Origin: Amphiscolops sp. MND2022
Lineage: Eukaryota
Direction: 5' to 3'
Length of the DNA stretch: 64,000 bases
Assembly (NCBI GenBank): GCA_964187785.1
Contig: OZ076409.1
Location: 64,730,001-64,794,000, forward strand
The position numbers were made by a program, and so were the translations under genes. Below are positions 37,183-47,600 of the stretch, piece after piece. The stretch's first letter is position 1. Each line of letters starts with the position of its first letter. The notes beneath the pieces are model-generated. The model had not been told where the DNA came from, made no database searches, and saw only the letters and a program-made list of their open reading frames with translations.

Positions 37183-38313
37183 TTACACTTGCGATAAGCA
37201 AGTGTTATGGGAAAGTGCGAGTGCTTTTTTTTCCGCGCGACAACTCATTTCACGCGGCAAGTCGCACATTTCACGCGTTCGTAGTCTAGTGGTAAGATGC
37301 TTGCTTTTCAACCCAGAGGTTTCGTGTTCGAACCTGTGGGTATGTGCTTTTTTTACAAGTATTCCGAAGCAGAAGGTTCTCACATTTTTCGGCACTATGA
37401 GACTTTTCGGCTTTGTGCGACTTTTTTCGAAATTTTTAAATTTCCCCCAAAGAGTCCTCCTTTATTTTTTTTTGATAATTTGCAACAGAACGAATGTTAA
37501 AAATCTCAAAGGGCCCCTTTTTCAGAATTTTCGGCACTATGAGACTGTTCAAAATTCTCATTTTTTGTTTTTTTTTCAAAAAATTTTTAATGTCTACAAA
37601 GGGTCCACCCTTGTCTTTGATATCTTGCAACAGAACGAATGTTGAAAAATCCCAAAGGGTCCCTTTTTTCAGATCTTTCGGCGCTATGAGACTGCCATTA
37701 AAATTTCTCAATTTTTGTTTTCGAAATTTTTCAAAGTCTCCAATTTTTTGAAATTTTGCAACAGAATGGATTTTAAAAAATTTCAAAGGGTCCCCTCTTT
37801 CACAGTTTCCGGCATTGTGACATTTTTCAAAAGGAATAATTTTCGTGTTAAAATTAGGTTTTCTCAGGTCCGGCACGCCATATCCGATTTTTGTTGTTTT
37901 AAAAGACCGGTATTTTATCTATGCGACTTTAAAATTTTGTTTCACCGAAGCCCCTCCTCAATTTTTGCCAGAAACGAAACGTTTTGCGAGAGTTAACGAC
38001 TCCTCAGGGTTTTCGGCACTATGCGACTTACCGGAGACCATCAAAAATTTAGTCGAAAAAATTAGAAAAAAATGTTTCCTCAATTTTCTGTTTTTTAAAG
38101 GTTTTTCGTTTAGAAAGGTTTTTTGCTGTTTTTCAGTTGGGGAAAATGGTTTTCGAGACTTGTGCGTTTCCTTTCGGGTATTTTTTGGCGCTGTATATTG
38201 TGAAATTGATGAAATTTTAATTTCTTTTACCCTTAGTTCTCCTTATTATATTGCTTATTTGGTTTTCTTCAAAAGTTCGCAAGTGTTTGCGAAGCACGGC
38301 TTCGCCTCTGTGT
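37183..38313 (+). mobile_element. Non-autonomous Helentron-like element, terminal type 2 (HINE2), with tRNA-derived head
   Basis: 5' ACACTTGCGA within the hairpin ACACTTGC-GATAA-GCAAGTGT. 3' TCGCAAGTGT followed by the hairpin GCGAAGC-ACG-GCTTCGC and CTCTGTGT. Inserted at a T-rich site with no TSD. Confidence 0.8.
37275..37347 (+). pseudogene. tRNA-derived (Glu-TTC-like) sequence within HINE2
   Basis: A box TAGTCTAGTGG, B box GTTCGAACC, TTC in the anticodon position; stems degenerate. Confidence 0.55.
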
Positions 38314-40902
38314 AGAATGTTGAAAACGTTCAACAAGGCACAAAGGCGTTGCTCAATAGTCTTTTATGAAGAGATAGTTGCTGTTTTCCAGAAGAAAAAA
38401 ATCTCAAATTGACATCGAAAATGACAAAAACCAAAAATTTCCCGATTTTTAACGTTTTTATGCAATATTTGTTAAAGTTTCCACAGGCTTCGTGGATTGG
38501 AATGTTTTAAAGGGTCAACATGGAAAGGGTTGGTTTTTCAGTAGTCTTTTATGAAGATATTATTGCAATGTTCTGAATGAAAATGTCTGAAATTGACATC
38601 AAAAATGCCACAAATCCCAAAATTTTCCAATTTTCAAAACCTTTGTGTATTTTTCCTAATGTGTTCTCCAGTATGCTTAGAACAGAGAAAAATGCAGTTT
38701 TACAAACGAAAGCTGTCCGGACTTGACATCGAAAAAGACAAAATTTCGAATGTTTCACGATTTTCACTATGTTTGTTCAATTTTGTCAAAATATCGATAG
38801 ACTTCGCGGACTAAAGTGTTAAAACGCCCAAAACATGGGCAAATTTGTTGTTTTGGTGAGTTTTTTCTACGAGATAAAATCTGTTGTTAAAGAAAAATGC
38901 TTCAAATTGACCCTGAATTGTCGAAAAATTGAAGTTTGTCGTTTTTGATTCAATTTCCGAGACATTTCGTTCTAAGTTCCAATACAATCAGCGACCTATG
39001 CATTACAATTTTAGAGGAGAAAGTAGCAGTGTTTTCCTTCCAAAATACTTCAGAATGACTCCAAAGCAGTCGAAAAATTTCAACATCTTCGTTTTTGTGT
39101 AACTAGCGTACTTTTTGAATTGTTTTGAAGTCGGAATGTTGGCAAACGTTCAGCAAAGATTGAACTCATAATCCAGTAGACTTTTCAAGAAATATTTGTG
39201 GACTTCTGTTTGAAAATGGCTCGAAACTAACCGCAAAAATTCGAAAATGTTGAAATTTTTTCCGATATCTGCCATTTTCAATTAAATTTTATTTGAGATT
39301 GGAAAGTTTCGGTATAATAGAAGCTTCGAAAAGTTCAAGATGATAAAACTAGGTCCGAAGCACGTTTTTCAGAAAAATCGCGAATTTATGGTCGAAAGTT
39401 TTCTCAGCATGTCCCAAATATCGGAAAAACTGAGAATTTTCAAGTTTTTAACATTTTAGGCCGTTTTTTGTACGTTTTTTGAGCTACCTTCTTGCATAAA
39501 ATAGTTTGAAAAACTCAGCATTGACTAATCCGGGTATCTCCAGTAGGCAATTTTGAAGAGATAACAGCATTTTTTTGTTGGAATTGGTCTCAAAAACAAC
39601 CAAAAATCCATGAAACAACAGAATGCCCGTTGTTGGACAAACTAATCCGAATTTTTGTTCAAACCACGAACGTTTTTGAAGAATAGAACTTCCAAAGACG
39701 TGAGCGTTGAAACAACAAGATTTTGAAAACGCAATTGGGGAAAAAGTGGGATGAAGTTCATCGAGTTTATAACAAAGGTATCAAAGTTTCCGAACTTCAT
39801 TTTCGACAACATAATCCCAATTTTGGACCCTTTCCGAAAAATAACTTCAATCAGAATACCATACACTCAGGATCGAAACGTGTAGCTACAGATAGTGTTT
39901 CGAAAAAATATCAGACAAGTGTATTTGCCCAACTTTCAAAAACTTTACTTGAAAACGTAACTGTCGACCTCATTTATCCAATATTTGATATTCAAAAACC
40001 TCCAAGCAGAATCACTAGATATGGAGTACACCTTCCAGAGAAAAATGTTTCCAGCTACTTCGTGGGTTAGAATGGTGTAAACATTCAACAACAACTAAAC
40101 CCGATGTCCAATAGGTTTATTTTTGAAGAGACATCTGTAGATTCATGTTAGAAAATTTCCTCAAATTGACCCCAAAGTTGTCAAAACTATTTCCAATTTT
40201 TGACACTTCTGGTGAAACTATGTGCAGTCAAACAAAAACCGGGATCTTTCCTAAATTTGCAAAGGACCTGATTTCAACTTTGCCAATTTCTTAGTGCCAA
40301 AAATTACCTCAAGAAATACGCCTGAGACTAGGAAACCACTTTTGCCCCAACAGGAATCACGAAAACTCCAATTTTTTGATTTTTTTCCAGTAAAGTTTTA
40401 TTCAGCTCGCAAAACTACTTTTTTCAAGCCGAAATCAGCTATAAAAGCAAGGGGTACTCTTTGGCCAAATGAAAGTTTCGGAAAGACGCACAGAGCCGAA
40501 AAATTTGAAATGAGGTAATTTCCACAATCAATAAGAAACCTCGTCAGTTCCATATGATCATAAGTAACAAAGAAGTCTCCCTAAAGACTCGGAAACTCAT
40601 TTTTTACAGCAAACCTCAAAAACTAAAAATTGCGGAAAATGTTTTTCGAAACTTATTTTCAAAAATTTAATTGAAATTTTTCTCTTTTCTCGGTAAGTCG
40701 CAAAGTGCCAAAAAACGAAAAGTGGCCAGCTATCGCAGAAATAATAAATTAGGTGTTTCCTTTAAAATGGGCTAAATGAATCAAAGCTTGATTTTCTTCG
40801 AACTTCTTTGCGTTTTTTAGTGCATTGGCTATTCTTGAGCCTCAAGTTTATGTAGTTGTAGAACAGTTTGGGGCGGAAAATATCTCGCTGCTCAGCGGGC
40901 GT
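38314..40902 (-). repeat. Inverted copy of the large AT-rich repeat at 8352-11500; continues on the other side of HINE2 at ~36990-37180
   Basis: 40861-40902 is the reverse complement of ~8352-8394 (ACGTCCGCTGAGCAGCGAGATA...), and similarity continues colinearly. Confidence 0.75.
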
Positions 40903-41699
40903 CTTGTTGAAATCTACTTCGAAACGGTGTCTGTGACTTCTAAAATGACAAAAATTTGAATGAAAAATCCAAATAGCTGAAATAAATACATCAACTTCAT
41001 GGCATTGTTGGTCATTTAAACCAACTGTTTACAACGAACGTCTCCTAATGGAACATCCGTTTTGTAGTATTGTATTGCTGCTTTTAAAACCGATAGCCCC
41101 TCAAGATAAAACAGCAATTAAGCGACGACAGGACACATGACCGAACAGACTAAAGTTGGACAGCGCAAACAATCTGAAGCTTTTGTTGTCACTATATTAT
41201 AGGAAGCGCTATATCTTAGACAACATCCTGGCTTAAACATCCGCGACTAGAGTTCTCTCGTGTGTACACCGTTTCCACGTTAAATGAAGCACATCAGATG
41301 TTAAATGAACAACCAATAGAAATTGATTAGCTTGCTACAGCAAATCTCAAATAATGTGAACGAAATCGCAGCTTGAATGAAAGTGTAAGCGAATGCCGCA
41401 TACGATTTTGTGTACATGTACAGCACTCTATGGTCAGCGTTTGTTAAATTTGAAAGCGTCGTTGGTGATTCTTATTCGCTAACTCACTTGGAAGCTGATA
41501 TAGTTCACTTGAATTCTGATTGTAAAGCACTTTTAGTTTGGTGGCCGGTGATTGGCTGAAAATTTGGAACGAAAGCCGAGACGATTCACTTAAAATCTGA
41601 TATGCTTCACTCAACGCGGAAACGGTGTATTTTGAGCCCCCTCAGCCACCATTGGTGTTTCTGACAGCATGCTGTGGTGTACCGTATCTTGTAATTCTA

Positions 41700-42508
41700 G
41701 TGTGACGGTATCAATTGATGTCTCCGACTATAGCAGTGGCTTTTTTAAGTCCGATGAAGTGACAGATTTCTATAAGCATTTCTATGAGTTGTGGCTAATT
41801 TGCTCCCGCCTTTTGGCGCGGCGTTTAACGCGGATTTCGAATCCACTCTTTGATCTTTTTTCGGCAGTATACGATTTTTCTGACCTTTTTTTTTTACTGA
41901 AGACCCTTCGATTTTTATTACAAAACAAAGCGTTTCGCCAACATAGAAGGAACCTTTAGGGTTATGTGACTTACCGGAAACTTTTTGATTTAAATTCTTG
42001 AAGAAAAAATTTCACTATTTTAGTATATTGAGATTTCCAGATGAGAAAGCCGTTCTCCGAGTCTCTTTGATTGTTTCTGGTCCTGTGGAACTGATGACAG
42101 TTTTCTCAAAAATTGTGGAAAAGACCTACAATTTTTTCCGGCATTTTTTTGAAAGTTTTCATTTGGTAAAAGGGTACCCCCTTGTTTTTTTTAAAGATTT
42201 CGTCTTGTAAAGAGCGTTTTGCGAACTAAAGGGGTCTCCTTTTGGGTTTTCGGCACCTTGCGACTTTCCGAAAGGAGAAATATTCTATTTTTTTTTTCTA
42301 AATTTGGTTTTTTCGATTAGTCTAGTTAGGAAAGGAGCTGTTTTCGAGTTTTGTGGGTAACTCTTCGGGTATTTTTGGCACTGTAAATTTGATAGAAATT
42401 TTCTCTATTGTGTCTATTTCAAAACACTTTGCTCTTTTTAATGCACTTTGCACTTTGCGCTTTCTACCAACTTCGAGCGGGCGCCGAATTGGACCGTTCC
42501 CGGCTTGT
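41700..42508 (+). mobile_element. Old diverged HINE1-type element
   Basis: 3' end GGCGCCGAATTGGACCGTTCCCGGCTTGT and a HINE-like internal body; 5' boundary approximate. Confidence 0.55.
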
Positions 42509-44413
42509 AAGACAATACGTAACTGAAGATGATCTATTTAATCGAAAAACTTTTAAATCTAGATTGTTTTTTTTTCTGTTTCCTAATATCTCTGTACTGT
42601 ATATGTACTGCATCTCAGACGAAATCGATGGGGGCAACATCTAGTTTCCATTTTTTAAAATGATAACCTTTCCAAGTTGACTCAGGGTCGACTTCAAAAG
42701 CTATCACCATGTAAAAGTCAACTCTATTTTCGAAATTCAACGCACCAAAAAGTTGAGTCTTCTTGGAATCGCAGAAAATTGATAAAACATCACAACGGTC
42801 AATTCTGGTCCGAGAGGGCGTCGTGTCATGTGTCCTCTAACCGTTTTCTTTTTGCTTCGAGTAAGGAAGCCTTATAGCAGCCCTGAAATCTGGACAATAC
42901 TGTTGAAAGCTATGTAAATGCATTATTGGACCGTTTCTGGTTACTAGGCTCAACTTCGGTGAGTCGGCCCAGTTTATTGGTTTTTATCCTTGCTTTGTTT
43001 TAATTTAATGACCTTGCTCAGCTTCATAGTGGTTGAAATACAAAGCAAGCTTCCAGAAACTTTCTAAAAGTTGGGCTTGACCCCATTTACGATAACAAAG
43101 GCACCTAGTTTTGACCACTATGATGTTACAATGTTGAGTTTAGTACGCACATGTTTGATATCCTGATACTATTGTAGCAACGCTCATTTTTAATGAAATT
43201 GTCAGCTTCGGGGCAGAAACAGAAAAACTGATTTCCGGCATGAAGGGTTAGGTTACGGGGGTAGCATTCACGTGTCACAAGATTCACCTCAATATGCTCG
43301 GCAAAGTTCTAGTTTTGAATTTTCGCAAGTTCTGGGGTAAAACGGAAGGGGTACCCCTTCATCGCCAAGGGTGTATCCCGGTCGGAACCAAAATTCCCGG
43401 GAATTGTATATAAGATGGTGCAACGCTACTTGGGAACGACCGAAATCAGAAGGACGCCTTAAAAAATAGGATTGTGGAAAAGTTTGGTCAAGGTAGGGAA
43501 AAATCATTTCTGGTCTCGGGGGAGGGGAGGGGTTGTTAAAACGTCACCTGTGGTCAGACTTACCTCAATATCCCAAAAACAACAGGATAGAGACACGCTC
43601 AATTCATTCCTTTATGCTCAAATATGGTATTTTCCGTTCGCAGTGATAGAGACGAAAGAACATGTCCCTATTTTTCAATTAATGCGTCGATCTCTTGCAA
43701 TTTTTCATCCTTGCTATATTCTCTCGTTTCGAAAGTCCTTTAGATTTAAAAACGGTCTTGAGACTATCGAGAGCTCTGTCCGCTAAAATATTTAATGAAA
43801 ATGTACGTTTAAAATGGAACTCTAATGTAGAATGTCGAAAAGTTTTAGGACATGTTGAAACTTTACCTAAGTGAGGTTCCTAAAACACCGACGACTCTTA
43901 ATAATAGGAGGTGGAAATCGGTTCCATAATGGCAGTGCGTGTTGGGCTAAAATATTGAATCAAGTCGGTGATTTGATTCAGTTTTCCATGTATTGACCAA
44001 TGGGTAAATTCTTTCGATGAAGTTTCAGGATCCTATCTGATGAGCACCATTGGTTTGAGTGAGTGTCAAGTGTTCTTGTTTAAGCTGTTCGTTCTTGGCC
44101 TTATTTTAGTATTTGGTTTCTCTGTTTTTCAAATATTTCATGAGATTCGAGACAAACAATGGTGGAACATGATGAAAGCATATGCATTTTTCAGATTTGC
44201 AGAAATGTCTTATATGGGTTAATGTACTATCGGCTTACTTAATCTGGTATCAACTATCGTAGCACCTGCCACAACCATTGTGTGTCATCTTTTGGCCCGG
44301 CCACTATACGTTATTTCACTGGACACTTTGCATAAGAGGCAGCTTAGCGCTCAAGTATTAGCACTCTGGAGAGTTTGAAGCGGAATAGTGTTCCGCCGCG
44401 AAAACAGCTTCGA

Positions 44414-44614
44414 ATGCTCGGCAGATTTGCACGATATGCCTGCGGGCCTTTTGGCCAGAATGGTTGCTCTCTCAATAACGAGGAACGGCTGGCCGCGTCG
44501 CACAGCAAGACACTTGACAAGACTCTGAGGACTGAAGGAGAAAGGGCGTCCAAAGAAGTCAAACTGTTACTTTTAGGCGCTGGTGAATCCGGTAAAAGCA
44601 CAATTGTCAAGCAA
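44414..44614 (+). CDS. GNAI: G-alpha-i exon 1 (start uncertain)
   Basis: [10 protein letters not shown]...[24 protein letters not shown]. In-frame ATG at 44414; the canonical-position ATG at 44460 is one base out of frame. Confidence 0.85.
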
Positions 44615-47600
44615 GTAAGTATTTCATTTGTCAACAGTTTTGAACTACATTCTTGCCCACTTTTTTTCGAATTCTAGCGACACTCAAATCTATGCCATTC
44701 ACTTAGCTCAAGATCTTTGTCGAATCTATCGTGTTGTTCAGATCTTTCTAATCTTTGTTCATTGTTTTCAAAAAGAAATCGGTGGCTGTTTTTAGATGCG
44801 TATCATCCACGAATGTGGCTACAACGAAGACGACTGTCTCAAGTATCGCCCAGTTGTACACAGCAACACGGTGCAAAGTTTGGTCGCTATTATCAGGGCT
44901 ATGAGCCATCTAGGTTAGCAAGGGGGACGTCATACAGAAATAATGTAATACACATCTAATTTTCAAATAACAGAATTCACTAAGCTGAAAACGCGTGTCT
45001 GATTTTGTCGAAATTATTATAACGTAGTCAGCTATGTTCACATGCCCCTAGTGCCCTAAATGCAGGAGCGAAGCGGAGCGACGTGCCATATGGCCATGCC
45101 TCAATGTTGCTACTTGGCGAAGGGAGCGAAGCGACCGAGCCATACAACAATTTTGCTAACCTCTTGAATAAATCAAGTTCAATACATCTTGGCTGCAACA
45201 GCACTAAAAGCTAGTAATTTGAATTCTGCTGTTTGAAATCTTTTTGTAAATTCCGTTGTATGAATAGTCACCAGAAATTAGATGTGTATTACATTATGTC
45301 TGTAGTAGCTGACTCGTTAGCAACACTTCCATTTATGGTAATCTTTTGTTTGATGGTGATGGATATGTGGCGCTTTTCGTTTTCAGGGATCAAATTCACT
45401 AATGCACAAACTGAAGAAGACGCCAAAGAGTTTTTCATCATGGCTGCCAATCCAGAAATCAATCAAGAAATGTGCTCAATCATGACAAGGCTCTGGGAAG
45501 ACCCTGTTAGTGCAAATTGTCGATAATTATTCTGTAGCCACATGAACCTGATTTTTTGGTGTGCGTTCATTTCACTCCGCGTTGATTTCACCCCACGTCT
45601 TAATTATCTGTAAACTCTGATGCCTACTGCCTATAAGTTGTCCCAGCGTTGATTCGATTGACAGGTTCTTGCGGTAAATAAAAAGCGGAACACGTGAATT
45701 TTTGCCGAGCATAGCACGATCCATAGTTGAAAACTCGATTACGCAACGAGAGCTCCATTTTAAACTATAAATTGGTGGAAAATGTTCTGTGCCTCGTTGG
45801 CAAGTTTTACGTTTCCGATGCGTAAAATTTTTGTGTTGCGTTTTCGTGGTTCACATAGCTAGCGTCGTTTGATTATTATTGGTATTTAGATTTAAGACGT
45901 TTTTAGTCGGCGCATTTTAGTAGAAAATGTGCCCGACTATTACAGTGGGTAGTTTTTTTTTTTTAGACACGAAAGTGCCACTTTTCTTTCTGTCTTTTCT
46001 TTTTGTATTTTGTTCAGTTCATTTCTTCAACAACTTGGCGAACCTGAGAAGCGCGTCCAAAACGAAAAAGAAAACAAAACAAACAAAACCTCGACAACAC
46101 ACTAACGATCTCCCCTAAGCCTCCCCCCCCCCTCACTTTTTTTCGGCACTATGCGACTTTTTTTGAAACTTTTTGGATTGCACCAAAGGGTCCCCTCTTT
46201 ATTTGTTTCGATATTTTGAAACACAATGGATGTCAGAAAATTCCAAAGGGTCCCCCTTTTACATTTTTCGGCACTGTGACACTGTTCAAAAATCACATTT
46301 TAAAATTTTTTTGGGCAATTTTTTTCAGTCCTTAAAGGGTCCCCCCTTCAATTTTTTTCATATTTTGCAACCAGCTGGAGTTTCACAAAGCCCAAAGGGT
46401 CCCCTTTTACATTTTTCGACACTGCGACACTGTTCAATTCATTTTTTTTTCATATTTTGCCACCAGCTGGAGTTTCACAAAACCCAAAGAGTCCCCCCTT
46501 TTACAATTTTGAGCCTTAGATATAGCGCCGACTTTGGCCGTTCTCGGCTTGTTCTTTTTGCACTAAGATTGAAACTCTGTGACAGCGGTAATTAATCTGA
46601 GACGCATTTGAATAATTAAAACGTGGGTGAAAGGATTGTGAACCGTTTTTTTCATCTACTACTTCAACTATATTATTAGCATTTTGCAATAAACATTGGC
46701 TACCAAAGGTCTGTTTAAACCCAAATACTTCAAATTGTTTTTTTAAATGCCATTGAACTCAGGAAGAAAACTTTCTCATTCTTGGCTGATTAACAATTCT
46801 ATCATTCTTTAAAAGCTTCGTGGTTTTAGTACGCATGGTCCCTTTTACAAGAAAAAAGGTAATAACAAAGAAAAGGAAAAATTACATCTTTCGTTCGGAT
46901 AACGTATAAGAAATTTAGAGCTTGTATAGATTGAGCTCTTTGAGTTCCTACTGTATACGCGGGTCCTCTTCAAGGTGAAAAACTTAGCGCCCTTTCATAA
47001 CTGATCATAGCTGTTTGTGTTCTAGGACTTACAGAGTTGTTTTCTGCGAGCACGTGAGTACCAGCTGAACGACTCGGCGTCCTACTATCTGAACGCATTA
47101 GACAGAATCTCCACTCCTGACTATATTCCCACCGTGCAAGATGTGCTGAGAACCAGGGTGAAGACCACTGGCATCGTCGAGACTAGATTTCTATTCAAAA
47201 CTCTTAGCTTCAAAATGATAGATGTCGGCGGACAACGCTCTGAGCGCAAAAAGTGGATCCACTGCTTCGAAGGTAACTCCAATCTTGCTTTCCCGATTTT
47301 TAGTTAGCGTTTTCGTTTTTTTTTTGCATTGCTCGTAACAACGTTGCAGATGTTATGGCACCCATGAAAGTTGAATTTCGATCGTTGTTAGGTCATTGAC
47401 ATTGCAAAAAACGCTCAAACGAAGTTTTTTCTTGCTTTCATCAAATAGAAATATTACTCTATTTGGCATCTTTTCTGTGTTTGGTTTACTCTCTAGCTTG
47501 CTGTGTTATTTCATTATTGTGGGAAATGTTTTAAATCAGTAAATTTATCTTGCGAAAGTGTATTCGAAGTTTGATGCCGCAAAACGGTTTTCTCATTCAC

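Larger units (their letters stand above)
33521..37200 (+). repeat. Recent ~1.84-kb tandem duplication containing ARV1
   Basis: Unit 33521-35355 is repeated as 35356-37192. GATAAGCA occurs at all three boundaries (33521, 35356, 37193). Confidence 0.92.

Noticed and set aside
37202..38315. Many overlapping F/K-rich ORFs (also at 46.1, 50-52, 58.8 and 63.1 kb)
   Set aside because: Chance open frames in low-complexity HINE repeats with no recognisable domain.
41040..41260. Possible GIY-YIG/Penelope C-terminal remnant (EALYL...GLNIRD)
   Set aside because: Too short and degenerate to support without a search.
42520..42570. Hammerhead-like core CTGAAGATG...CGAAA
   Set aside because: Stems I and III cannot be formed convincingly; other CTGATGA hits (near 21596, 44037, 58225) also lack a stem II.
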